In this document: in pieces, positions 1 to 9,053 of the stretch
Layout: each line of letters begins with the position of its first letter
Numbering within the stretch: the first letter of the stretch is position 1
Source of the DNA: Anaerosporobacter sp.
Lineage (GTDB): Bacteria; Bacillota; Clostridia; Lachnospirales; Lachnospiraceae
NCBI RefSeq assembly: GCF_031551385.1
Contig: NZ_JAVBNS010000261.1
Location: 1 to 28,973 of the forward strand
Direction: 5' to 3'
DNA: 28,973 nucleotides
Made by a program: the position numbers and the translations under genes
The notes under the pieces: generated by a model
The model's database searches: none
The model's input: only the letters and a program-made list of their open reading frames with translations
What the model was told of the DNA's origin: nothing

Positions 1-1
1 G

Positions 2-694
2 CAAATTCATGGTTTTAATAAAACAACGTTACTTGATTATCCGAAACATTTAGCGGCGACTATCTTTTTAGGTCACTGTAATTTTCGTTGCCCATTCTGC
101 CACAATTCATCCCTTGTTTTATCTCCAGATATGCAGCCAACACTTGATACTTCTGAAGTACTTGATACGTTAAAAAAGCGTAGAGCAATCCTTGAAGGCG
201 TATGTATCACTGGAGGAGAGCCAACTTTATCAAAAGATTTACCTTCATTTATTGAAGCAATTAAAGATATTGGTTTAAAAGTAAAACTAGATACGAATGG
301 TAGTAATCCTCTTATGCTAGAACAATTATTGTCTTGCCAATTGCTTGATTATGTTGCCATGGACATCAAGAACTCACGTGAGCGATATGCAGAAACAATT
401 GGTATTGAAAACTATCCTTTGGAGACTATTGACGCTTCTATCGCTCTTATAAAAAACAGCTCTATCCCTTATGAATTCAGAACTACTATCGTCCAAGAAT
501 TCCATTCTTTAGATGACCTTCTTGCTATCGGTAAATGGCTAGAAGGTTCTAAAGAATATTACCTCCAATTGTTCTTAGATAGTGGAGATATTTTATCACC
601 CGGTCTTCATGCACCTACTCGTGAAACAATGTTAGAATACCAACAGGCATTACTATCATATTTTAATACAGTAGGAATTCGCGGAATGGATTAA
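2..694 (+). CDS. nrdG: Anaerobic ribonucleoside-triphosphate reductase activating protein (radical SAM activase); 5' end cut by the window edge
   Basis: The reading frame is open from base 2 and in frame with the 131..694 ORF. The extra N-terminal part reads QIHGFNKTTLLDYPKHLAATIFLGHCNFRCPFCHNSSLV, which contains the CxxxCxxC radical-SAM cluster motif. It is followed by GVCITGGEPTL and KLDTNGSNP blocks typical of NrdG-type activases. Confidence 0.85.
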   Translation, partial: QIHGFNKTTLLDYPKHLAATIFLGHCNFRCPFCHNSSLVLSPDMQPTLDTSEVLDTLKKRRAILEGVCITGGEPTLSKDLPSFIEAIKDIGLKVKLDTNGSNPLMLEQLLSCQLLDYVAMDIKNSRERYAETIGIENYPLETIDASIALIKNSSIPYEFRTTIVQEFHSLDDLLAIGKWLEGSKEYYLQLFLDSGDILSPGLHAPTRETMLEYQQALLSYFNTVGIRGMD

Positions 695-711
695 AAAGGA
701 GCCTTATCACT

Positions 712-1263
712 ATGAGATTATACTATGAAACGCAACGTTTACAACTTAGAGTATTAACAAGTACTTACGCTACAGAAGTACTTAATTTCTATGAACGAAA
801 CAAAGATTTCTTTAACTGTTGGGAACCTGATCGTGTTCGTTTGTTTTATACAAAGGATTTTCATCGTGCTAACCTTGTTTATGAGTATAATGAAACAATT
901 AAATCACATTTTCTTCGTTTCTGGATTTTTGAAAAAACAAATCCTGAGCACATTATTGGCTGTGTCTGCTTTCAAAATTTTCAAAAAGGTTCTCTTATGA
1001 CCTGCACGGTTGGTTATAAACTGGATCAACAATATACTGGTCAAGGTATCGCTTCTGAGGCTTTGCAAAAATCAATTGAAGTAGTTTTTTCTGAACTTGG
1101 TTTTCATAGAATCGAGGCACTTATTCATCCAATGAATACACCTTCCATTAGCTTAATTGAAAAACTTAATTTTGAATTTGAAGGTATCTCCAAATCATGT
1201 ATTCGCCTTAACAATAAATGGACTGATCATTTACGTTACGCATTGATCAATCCACTCCATTAA
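712..1263 (+). CDS. GNAT family N-acetyltransferase (RimJ/RimL-like)
   Basis: 183 aa with AAGGAG 8 nt upstream of the ATG. The YTGQGIASEAL...FHRIEALIHPMN...LIEKLNFEFEG pattern matches the acetyl-CoA binding core of RimJ/RimL-type GNATs. Confidence 0.8.
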   Translation: MRLYYETQRLQLRVLTSTYATEVLNFYERNKDFFNCWEPDRVRLFYTKDFHRANLVYEYNETIKSHFLRFWIFEKTNPEHIIGCVCFQNFQKGSLMTCTVGYKLDQQYTGQGIASEALQKSIEVVFSELGFHRIEALIHPMNTPSISLIEKLNFEFEGISKSCIRLNNKWTDHLRYALINPLH

Positions 1264-2868
1264 CTACATATTCACTTTTATATACCAATATCCGAATTCA
1301 CCAGTCTTTTGCTCTACAACTTTAGAACATTTGAACTGTGTGAATCCGAACATCTTTGCCATAAACTTCTCACGATTTTGATAGATACCAGGTACTCCTA
1401 GAATATATTCTTCCCCATCTACTATCTTTCTCTTTGCAAATATTAGATGACGGAAATTATAATATCCATGAAGCAAAAAGCTATTGTTTCCAAGAACCCA
1501 ATTTTCTATCGGAAATAACCCGATATCACCTGGTTCAATTCTGGAACATGCAATAATCTCATCATCTTCAAATGGATAGATCGCAGGATACTTTTGCAAG
1601 ATTCTCTCCGCTGTTGATGTTTTCTTCTTAGCCACTTCTTCAAGACGTTCGTTCCATTCTTTCTCCGTGTTTGCATCATAGAAAGACTTTTCCTCTTCAA
1701 ACAACGTATTGATACAATCCTCACAATCTAACGTTGTAGCAACCTCATCTTCGTTTTCCTGCCTATCTTGACTTTCTAATTCTTGCGGACTTTCCTGCTC
1801 TTCAAGGCTCTCTAATTCGTCTTGGCTCTTTGATTCTACTTGACTTTCTTGCTCACCATTATCTTGTGCTTGCACCTCATCAACTTCTTCACTAATCTCT
1901 TCCTCGACAACCACATCTTGCTGCTCTTGCTCTGCAACAATATTTGCAACATTAACCATTCCATCTGCTTTCGGGAATCCTGTCTCTTGACTTCTATACC
2001 AATTAATAAAACGATATCCAACTAATTTTGCTGTCTCTGCTGATATAACTCTTTCCTGTTCATGAGTTACATTTACTTTATTATTAGAATTATTCGTTTC
2101 TTCATTTAGCTCAGCTGCTTCAAGTTTAGATTTTGGCGTAACTTCTGATTTTGTTTTTTGCCCTGTTTTTGTATTATCATTTGCATCGTAAAAGAGTTCT
2201 AAATTACAATCTATACTCTTTAATATGCTTTGAACAATTTCTTCCTGCGTATTGCGAAGTGCCTCTTCCGCTTCTTGCTTTTTCTTTATATATGTAACTT
2301 CTTCTTTCGGAATTTCAATAAATTTAGCTTCTGATTTGACTTCACTACTGATTTCTTTTACCACACTCTTAGGTGCTTCTATATGCGATTCCTTATAGGA
2401 TTCTATGTTGGTAACATTGCTATTATTGGCGACTGCTTCTGTTACATCTCTTTTCCAATCCTTCGCACTATTCCATTCATATAACTGATTCAATACGATT
2501 GGTTGGTCGTCCCATTCCGTTGCGTAATACCTATCCAATGTATAATATAATAGCACTCCGCCTAACTGATTAAAATCACAGCCTGTATTCATAATATTCT
2601 TCGCATTCGTAATGCCTTTCCACTCGAATATTCCGTTCTTAACAACGGCCTCTGCTAATAAGATTTGAATCATTTTCTTATTCTCTCGGTAGAATACATA
2701 TGTCTTTAATTTTTGTCCATTTAGACTGGCTGCCTTTATATTAATTGAAATCTTACACTGTCCATTTCTAAGTTCAATCTTGGCAAATCCAACATTATTC
2801 TTTTTTATACCCTTTTCATAATTATAAATATACGAAATCAGTCGTCTATAATCTGACACTCCACTCAT
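1264..2868 (-). CDS. Hypothetical protein with N- and C-terminal globular domains joined by a long acidic Glu/Ser/Gln-rich low-complexity linker
   Basis: A 534-aa ORF fills the whole gap between converging genes. The C-terminal block is YILGVPGIYQNREKFMAKMFGFTQF. The central stretch of roughly 250 aa is highly acidic (EEEISEEVDEVQAQDNGEQESQVESKSQDELESLEEQESPQELESQDRQENEDE). I recognise no catalytic motif. The start is uncertain: the ATG at 2868 abuts GGAAGG, and an in-frame GTG 9 nt downstream is possible. Confidence 0.7.
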   Translation of the reverse strand: MSGVSDYRRLISYIYNYEKGIKKNNVGFAKIELRNGQCKISINIKAASLNGQKLKTYVFYRENKKMIQILLAEAVVKNGIFEWKGITNAKNIMNTGCDFNQLGGVLLYYTLDRYYATEWDDQPIVLNQLYEWNSAKDWKRDVTEAVANNSNVTNIESYKESHIEAPKSVVKEISSEVKSEAKFIEIPKEEVTYIKKKQEAEEALRNTQEEIVQSILKSIDCNLELFYDANDNTKTGQKTKSEVTPKSKLEAAELNEETNNSNNKVNVTHEQERVISAETAKLVGYRFINWYRSQETGFPKADGMVNVANIVAEQEQQDVVVEEEISEEVDEVQAQDNGEQESQVESKSQDELESLEEQESPQELESQDRQENEDEVATTLDCEDCINTLFEEEKSFYDANTEKEWNERLEEVAKKKTSTAERILQKYPAIYPFEDDEIIACSRIEPGDIGLFPIENWVLGNNSFLLHGYYNFRHLIFAKRKIVDGEEYILGVPGIYQNREKFMAKMFGFTQFKCSKVVEQKTGEFGYWYIKVNM

Positions 2869-3028
2869 CCTTCCTTTTTGTCATTATAACAAAGAATTTA
2901 CTTTGCAAACGCTTACGCAATATAACCACTTTGCACAGTTACTTATGCTATATATATATTCAAAAAGTATGTTGTTTATGCCAGATATTGATTATTTGTA
3001 ATGATTCAAACATTATATTTGATTCAGA

Positions 3029-3904
3029 CTATGATAGACGGCTAATTATATTACTTAATCTTGCAAATTGTTCTAAATCAAGTGCCTCACCACGAATTGT
3101 TGGTGACACTCCTAACTCCTCAATTGCTTGTGCAATAACTTCTTTTGACACATGAATCTCAGGTGAGTTATTAAGTCCATTTACCAATGTCTTTCTTCTC
3201 TGATTAAAAGACGCTCGAATTAGACGAAACATTAATTTTTCATCTTCTACTTGCACTGGTATTTCCTTATGTGTTGTAAGTCTTATTACTGCTGAGCCTA
3301 CATTTGGTCTTGGCATGAAGCAGTTTGGTGGTACATTTGCTACGATATATGGTTCTGCATAATATTGAACAGCAAGAGATAGTGCACCGTAGTCTTTCGT
3401 TCCTGGACCAACTTGCATACGATCTGCAACTTCCTTCTGTACCATTACCGTGATATTATCAATTGGTACATGACTCTCGAATAATCCCATAATAATAGGA
3501 GTCGTAATATAATATGGTAAATTTGCAACTACTTTAATTGGTTTTCCACCATTTTTCTCAATTGCAAGTTGATTAATATCCACTTTCAGAATATCTTTAT
3601 TTATTACCGTCACATTATCATAATCCGATAGCGTGTCCTGCAATATCGGTATCAATGCCGTATCAATTTCAACAGCAATAACTTCTCTTGCACACTCACA
3701 TAGATACTGTGTCATTGAACCAATTCCTGGCCCTATCTCTAATACTAAATCATCTTTTGTTACACCTGCTGATGTTACGATTTTTTCTAATACATGTGTA
3801 TCAATTAAGAAATTCTGTCCAAACTTCTTCTGAAATACGAAATTGTACTTCTTTATTGCCTCTATTGTATTCTGTGGATTTGCTAACTTGTTGCTATGAT
3901 CCAT
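3029..3904 (-). CDS. rsmA: 16S rRNA (adenine1518-N6/adenine1519-N6)-dimethyltransferase
   Basis: The sequence KKFGQNFLID...VLEIGPGIGSMT...VVANLPYYITTPII holds the SAM-binding and NLPY motifs of KsgA/RsmA. It lies downstream of tatD-metG, as in other Firmicutes. Confidence 0.93.
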   Translation of the reverse strand: MDHSNKLANPQNTIEAIKKYNFVFQKKFGQNFLIDTHVLEKIVTSAGVTKDDLVLEIGPGIGSMTQYLCECAREVIAVEIDTALIPILQDTLSDYDNVTVINKDILKVDINQLAIEKNGGKPIKVVANLPYYITTPIIMGLFESHVPIDNITVMVQKEVADRMQVGPGTKDYGALSLAVQYYAEPYIVANVPPNCFMPRPNVGSAVIRLTTHKEIPVQVEDEKLMFRLIRASFNQRRKTLVNGLNNSPEIHVSKEVIAQAIEELGVSPTIRGEALDLEQFARLSNIISRLS

Positions 3905-3925
3905 TCTCTCTTCCTCTTAACTTTC

Positions 3926-4690
3926 TTATAAACGATATAATTTTAAAGCATTTTGCTTTGTAAGTTCCACGACTTGTTCCGCCTCAAGCCCTTTAATTCT
4001 TGCAATTTCTTCTACAACATTTGGTAAATATAAAGAGGAATTTCTCTTTCCTCTGTTTGGTTCTGGTGCAAGATACGGACAATCTGTCTCTATTACAATG
4101 GATTCGATTGGTGCATATTCTACTACTTCTTTTAATTTCTTAGCATTTTTAAATGTTATTACACCACCAATTCCAAGAAAAAATCCCATATTAAGATATT
4201 CTCTTGCCATGTCCACCGAATAAGAAAAACAATGAACTACTCCTGACATATCACCTGCATGAGCGGTTTTCATCATATCAAGCGTATCTTTTGCTGCGTC
4301 TCTGCTATGAATAATCATAGGAAGTTTGACTTCTCTTGCTAATTCCATCTGACGGTCAAACCATTTTCTTTGTATATCACGTTCTGGATCATCCCAGTAA
4401 TAATCCAAACCAATCTCCCCTATTGCAACAATTTTAGGCATAGCCGCTAATTCTTTCAGGCGTTCTATATCCGTCTCCGCTAAATCCAGCGTACAATTTG
4501 GATGTACACCAACAGCTCCATAAACATGGGAATATTGTTGTGTTAACTCCACTGTCTTTTCGGAAGATTCCATATCTGCTCCAACATTTACTAGCAACTC
4601 GATTCCATTTTCCTTCATAGAATTCAAAAGCTCTTCACGGTCTATATCAAATTGTTCATCATCATAATGTGCATGTGTATCTATAATCAT
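3926..4690 (-). CDS. tatD: TatD family metal-dependent hydrolase/DNase (YabD-like)
   Basis: MIIDTHAHYDD... is the TatD N-terminal HxH motif, with further conserved His/Asp/Glu blocks (GEIGLDY, IHSRDA, HCFS, ETDCPYL). I moved the start to the ATG at 4690 because GGAGG lies 5 nt upstream. The track start at 4705 is a TTG overlapping that SD. Confidence 0.9.
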   Translation of the reverse strand: MIIDTHAHYDDEQFDIDREELLNSMKENGIELLVNVGADMESSEKTVELTQQYSHVYGAVGVHPNCTLDLAETDIERLKELAAMPKIVAIGEIGLDYYWDDPERDIQRKWFDRQMELAREVKLPMIIHSRDAAKDTLDMMKTAHAGDMSGVVHCFSYSVDMAREYLNMGFFLGIGGVITFKNAKKLKEVVEYAPIESIVIETDCPYLAPEPNRGKRNSSLYLPNVVEEIARIKGLEAEQVVELTKQNALKLYRL

Positions 4691-4868
4691 TTTTGCCTCC
4701 ATCAACTTTAATTGAAAATAAATTCTTGTCTTTTTAGTTACGCAACTTCACAAGTAATACTTGTGAAATGCATGTAGTGTAAGTTGACATATACTTCTCT
4801 TAATTTTCATTCCTTATTATAACCAAGTAACATATAAGTTACAAGTAAAACCCTTAGTAAAGCTGTCT

Positions 4869-4904
4869 AAAAAAGAAGAGACTCCATTGTTCAAGTCTCT
4901 TCTT
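4869..4904 (-). terminator. Intrinsic terminator, probably ending the metG transcript
   Basis: On the minus strand: AAGAAGAGACT, a 10-nt loop, AGTCTCTTCTT (11-bp perfect stem), then a TTTTTT run. It lies about 300 nt beyond the metG stop. Confidence 0.7.
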
Positions 4905-4988
4905 ATCTGCTTTAATATTAATTAATGTACGAAATCTTAAATAATGCTAAGGAATAAATAGAATCATTTATTCCTTCAACACCTAGCC

Positions 4989-5181
4989 TGTACTTGTGTA
5001 TCCAAAATGTAGATATGCAAAACTTAGATACCTAAACCTGCTTCTTCGCTGCTGTACTAAAACTAAGAAACGGTAGCGAAGTACCTAGGTGCATAGCGTG
5101 TTTCGTGTCATAGTACAGCAGCGAAGAAGCTATGAAAACATAAAAAGTTTTGCATTCAAAATCCTCTAATACACAAGTACA
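4989..5181. repeat. Structured intergenic repeat element, complete copy (nested long hairpin)
   Basis: Three nested inverted repeats: 4989-5001/5169-5181 (13 bp), 5015-5025/5145-5155 (11 bp) and 5040-5058/5112-5130 (19 bp, perfect). The apical 53 nt contain CCTAGG. Region 5077-5157 aligns without gaps to 28129-28209, with 63 of 81 positions matching by hand count. Confidence 0.7.
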
Positions 5182-5209
5182 TCATCAACTTGAAAAGAAT
5201 ACATATTGA

Positions 5210-7171
5210 TTAGCAGATCTCTGCTCCAGATGGCATCTTCTTCTCAGGTACCATAAGTGCTAATTCACCGTTCTCATCTTCTGCACATAAAAGCATACCT
5301 TCTGATAAAACACCTGCTAGTTTTGCTGGTTTTAAGTTTACTAATACCATAACCTTTTTACCAACCATCTCTTCTGGTGTATAATATGCTTTAATTCCAG
5401 ATACGATTTGTTTTACTTGGCTACCAATCTTAACTTGTGAGCAAAGTAATTTCTTTGATTTCTTCACTTCTTCACAGGCAATGATTTCACCAACTTGGAA
5501 CTGCATCTTCATAAAATCATCATATTCGATTTCATCTTTTGCTTCAATATCAATTCCTGGTTCTTCCTCTTTTTGTGGTTCAGCATCTGTCATTTGTTCT
5601 GCTCTCATCTCTTCCACTTTCTTTATAACTTCCTCTAAATCAAGTCTTTGGAATAGAATCTCTGGAGTCTTTGTTACTTCATTTCCAGATGGATAGTTTC
5701 CGTATTCTTTCATCTCTTCCATAGAACGAGCAGTTGTATTTAATTGAGAAAGAATCTTTGATGAAGTTTCAGGCATGAATGATTCTAATAAACTTGCTCC
5801 AATGCAGATTGATTCCACTAAGTTATATAAAACAGTCTCTAATCTTGCTTTGTTGCTTTCGTCTTTCGCAAGTGCCCAAGGCATTGTCTCATCAATGTAT
5901 TTGTTACAACGTTTGAATAATGTAAATATTTCAGAGATGGCATCTGCAACACGTAATTTATCCATCTTCTCTACTACTTTATTTGGTGTCTGTAATGCAA
6001 GACTGATTAATTCATCATCAACGTCTTCTTTTACTCCCGCATTATTAACTACGCCTTCAAAATATTTGTTAGACATAGATATTGTACGATTAACTAAGTT
6101 ACCAAGTGTATTGGCAAGGTCAGAGTTCATTCTCTCAACCATGAGTTCCCATGTGATAACACCATCATTATCGAATGGCATTTCATGTAAAACAAAATAA
6201 CGCACCGCATCTACACCAAAGAAATCAACTAAATCATCTGGATAAAGCACATTTCCCTTTGATTTACTCATCTTTCCGTCACCTTGTAATAACCAAGGAT
6301 GACCAAAGATTTGTTTTGGCAATGGTAATTCAAGTGCCATTAACATGATTGGCCAATAAATGGTATGAAAACGTAAGATATCCTTACCGATTAAGTGTAA
6401 ATCTGCTGGCCAGTATTTCGCATAATTGTCACCATTGTTTCCATCAACATCATATCCAAGCCCTGTGATGTAGTTGCTTAGTGCATCAAGCCATACATAT
6501 ACAACATGTCTGTTGTCAAAGTCTACTGGGATTCCCCATTTGAATGATGTTCTTGATACACACAAATCTTGAAGTCCAGCTAAGATAAAGTTGTTCATCA
6601 TTTCATTCTTTCTTGACTCTGGTTGAATAAATTCTGGATTCGCATTAATATGCTCAATTAAACGATCTGTGTAATTGCTTAATTTTAAGAAATATGCTTC
6701 TTCCTTTGCTGGTTGGCATTCTCTTCCGCAATCTGGACATTTATTATCAACTAATTGAGATGAAGTAAAGAAAGATTCACATGGTGTACAATACATTCCT
6801 TCATAGAAACCTTTGTAGATATCACCTTTGTCATATAATTTCTTAAAAATCTTCTGTACTTGTTTCTCATGGTCTTTGTCTGTTGTTCGAACGAATTTGT
6901 CATAAGATGTGTTCATCAAATCCCAAATCCCCTTGATTTGACCTGCAACACCATCTACAAATTCTTGTGGTGTAATGCCAGCATCTTCTGCTTTTAATTC
7001 AATCTTTTGACCATGTTCATCTGTTCCTGTTTGGAAATACACATCAAATCCTTGTGCACGTTTAAATCTTGCAATACTATCTGCTAATACGATTTCATAC
7101 GTATTACCAATATGTGGCTTTCCTGATGTATACGCAATCGCTGTACTAATGTAATATGGCTTTTTACTCAT
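5210..7171 (-). CDS. metG: Methionine--tRNA ligase with C-terminal tRNA-binding (Trbp111/EMAP-like) domain
   Basis: It has the class I HIGH motif (KPHIGNTYE), the KMSKS motif (GKMSKSKGN) and a CPDC/CTPC zinc knuckle. The C-terminal part reads QVGEIIACEEVKKSKKLLCSQVKIG. AGGAGG lies upstream of the ATG and a T-box leader lies further upstream. Confidence 0.96.
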   Translation of the reverse strand: MSKKPYYISTAIAYTSGKPHIGNTYEIVLADSIARFKRAQGFDVYFQTGTDEHGQKIELKAEDAGITPQEFVDGVAGQIKGIWDLMNTSYDKFVRTTDKDHEKQVQKIFKKLYDKGDIYKGFYEGMYCTPCESFFTSSQLVDNKCPDCGRECQPAKEEAYFLKLSNYTDRLIEHINANPEFIQPESRKNEMMNNFILAGLQDLCVSRTSFKWGIPVDFDNRHVVYVWLDALSNYITGLGYDVDGNNGDNYAKYWPADLHLIGKDILRFHTIYWPIMLMALELPLPKQIFGHPWLLQGDGKMSKSKGNVLYPDDLVDFFGVDAVRYFVLHEMPFDNDGVITWELMVERMNSDLANTLGNLVNRTISMSNKYFEGVVNNAGVKEDVDDELISLALQTPNKVVEKMDKLRVADAISEIFTLFKRCNKYIDETMPWALAKDESNKARLETVLYNLVESICIGASLLESFMPETSSKILSQLNTTARSMEEMKEYGNYPSGNEVTKTPEILFQRLDLEEVIKKVEEMRAEQMTDAEPQKEEEPGIDIEAKDEIEYDDFMKMQFQVGEIIACEEVKKSKKLLCSQVKIGSQVKQIVSGIKAYYTPEEMVGKKVMVLVNLKPAKLAGVLSEGMLLCAEDENGELALMVPEKKMPSGAEIC

Positions 7172-7280
7172 GTTTTAATTCCTCCTATTTATGGCTTAAT
7201 AAGTTCCATATAATTAAATGTAACGGTTCATAAAGGTACTAATGCAATGTCTGCAACAAGGCACATAGATTTCCTTGCGC

Positions 7281-7585
7281 AAAAAAAATCGCCTTTAAAG
7301 AAATCCTATGATTTCATTTAAAGACGAGAATAATCCCGTGATACCACTTTAATTCTTCTATTTTTCACAAAATAGAACTCAGTAACTGCTCTCTTGCCGA
7401 ACAGTCTTGCATGGTAACGGTTGCAGATTCCCGTTGTTCCCTAAAAAGCATATCTCTATAGCCTATTCAGAAACAATGCTCCAAGACCATCTTCCATACA
7501 TTCTGTATTACCTCTTCTCAGCAAAACAAGGCTCTCTGTAGAATCTTCCTGCATGTACTCTTCTCTTCATAGCATTTTCATATTA
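7281..7585 (-). promoter_or_regulatory. T-box riboswitch leader of metG (predicted Met specifier)
   Basis: Read on the minus strand, the T-box sequence AAUUAAAGUGGUAUCACGGGA is the complement of 7334-7354. It is followed by a long terminator hairpin (UCGUCUUUAAAUGAAAUC/GAUUUCUUUAAAGGCGA) plus U8 at 7281-7327. Stem I-like CAGAGAGCC (7530-7538) and GCUGAGAAG (7514-7522) elements are present. AUG triplets at 7499-7501 and 7495-7497 sit where a specifier loop is expected. Confidence 0.85.
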
Positions 7586-7591
7586 TTATGT

Positions 7592-7620
7592 AGTATAGCA
7601 TTCCCCTACACGAATGTCAA
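7592..7620 (-). promoter_or_regulatory. Sigma-A type promoter for the metG T-box leader
   Basis: On the minus strand: TTGACA (7615-7620), a 17-nt spacer, then TATACT (7592-7597). Confidence 0.7.
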
Positions 7621-7794
7621 AATATTTTTCCCAATAAGACAGCAATCCACACTACATTACTTTTATTCTAGTATTGCAAAAATACATGTTATTTATTCAA
7701 ATGTTAAATTTAGTAGAAAAATAGCAAGATAACAGGTATAATTAGTAGTGTTGATAAAATATGGCAGTAAAATCAACTAGGAAGGAGCTTTTAA

Positions 7795-9006
7795 ATGTCA
7801 TTAATTAATTGCCCTGAGTGTGACAACGAAATATTAGATAAAGTAAAAACCTGTCCACACTGTGGATATTCATTTAAAAAAAGGCTCAAAAAGTTGCAAC
7901 TAATAATAATTGTTTTTGTTATAGTAGTGGTTTTAGGAGGCATCGCTACATTCGTTATACTAAATGTAAACAACAATGTTAAAAATGCACGAAATTGTTA
8001 TAAGTCTGAAAACTTAGACGGTTTTATTAAAATAAAAGCACAGATGTCCACAGAAGAAAAAATAGAATTTGCAGAATATTTAGAAAAACAAGTAGAACTT
8101 ATATTTAATGATTATTTTAACAATACAATTACCTATGTAGAAGTAACAGAAAAGATGAATCATTTAATACAATATAGTCAAAGTTCACTTGTAAGTAATT
8201 ATGAAACAACTTTGAATAAAATTGAAATACTAAATGACTCCCATATCTCTTATGATAACGCAATAAACAATGAAAACAATGGTAATTACGAACAGGCAAT
8301 TGCACTTTATGCCAAAGTAAATGTGAATGATTCTAATTATTCTAATGCAAATGAGAAAATTGAAGCACTAAAATTAAAATTAGTAGAAACATATAGAACT
8401 GAAGCAGAAGAAAACGCCCAAAAAGAAGAGTATGAAAATGCACTTGCACAAATCAATAAAGCTTTAGAATACGATTCCACTAATCAAGAGTTACTAAGTT
8501 CAAAAGAGGACTATACAAAAAAGAAAGAGGCACAAGATAAACTAAAAGAAGAAAATGCAAGAAAGAAAGCATTACTCCATAAAGGAAAGACGATTGAAAC
8601 CATTGCTATAAAAGCCACATTCGAAACTGCAAACATCACCGACAAAATAGTTCCTAATAATACAAACGGTTACTATCTGTATTATAGCCCTTTAGATGAT
8701 TCCAAAGTATATTTAGACATAGTCTTTAGAGTAAAGAATATATCTTCCCATACAATATATTTAGAGAATTTAGTTGCCAGTGTAAAGGCTCTATATGATA
8801 ATCAATACACATATACTTCCTATAATTGCTTTTATTCCGACTCTTCACATATCAACACCGTCTATAGCTGGGATGCTCTTGATGCTTTAGAAGAAACTAC
8901 GTTTCATTTAGCTATTACATTGCCAAAAGAAGTCGGGGAAACTCTGGTTCCTTTAGAGGTTGAATTTTACTTAGATGCCGAGAAACAAATATTAACCTAT
9001 CGATAA
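7795..9006 (+). CDS. Zinc-ribbon / single-pass membrane protein with helical repeat region and C-terminal beta-rich (DUF4352-like) domain, paralog 1
   Basis: GGAAGGAG lies 8 nt upstream of the ATG. The N-terminus has CPECDN...CPHCGY (four-Cys zinc ribbon), then a hydrophobic helix (LQLIIIVFVIVVVLGGIATFVIL). The C-terminus ends PLEVEFYLDAEKQILTYR. It is homologous to the next gene along its whole length. Confidence 0.8.
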   Translation: MSLINCPECDNEILDKVKTCPHCGYSFKKRLKKLQLIIIVFVIVVVLGGIATFVILNVNNNVKNARNCYKSENLDGFIKIKAQMSTEEKIEFAEYLEKQVELIFNDYFNNTITYVEVTEKMNHLIQYSQSSLVSNYETTLNKIEILNDSHISYDNAINNENNGNYEQAIALYAKVNVNDSNYSNANEKIEALKLKLVETYRTEAEENAQKEEYENALAQINKALEYDSTNQELLSSKEDYTKKKEAQDKLKEENARKKALLHKGKTIETIAIKATFETANITDKIVPNNTNGYYLYYSPLDDSKVYLDIVFRVKNISSHTIYLENLVASVKALYDNQYTYTSYNCFYSDSSHINTVYSWDALDALEETTFHLAITLPKEVGETLVPLEVEFYLDAEKQILTYR

Positions 9007-9053
9007 TAATACGAAAGGTCTCATATGTAAACAAACTAGAGAGGAGAATTTAA

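Noticed and set aside
1506-3963. Short ORFs 1506..1724, 1836..2021, 1840..2025, 2931..3155, 3633..3833 and 3688..3963
   Set aside because: They are nested in, or antisense to, the 534-aa protein gene, rsmA or their spacers. The acidic-linker region gives open frames on both strands because of its repetitive GAA/GAG-rich composition.
5775-6200. 141-aa + strand ORF (also 5481..5696) inside metG
   Set aside because: These are shadow ORFs antisense to a confidently identified aminoacyl-tRNA synthetase gene. The composition is Ser/Leu-rich and low-complexity, and there is no RBS.
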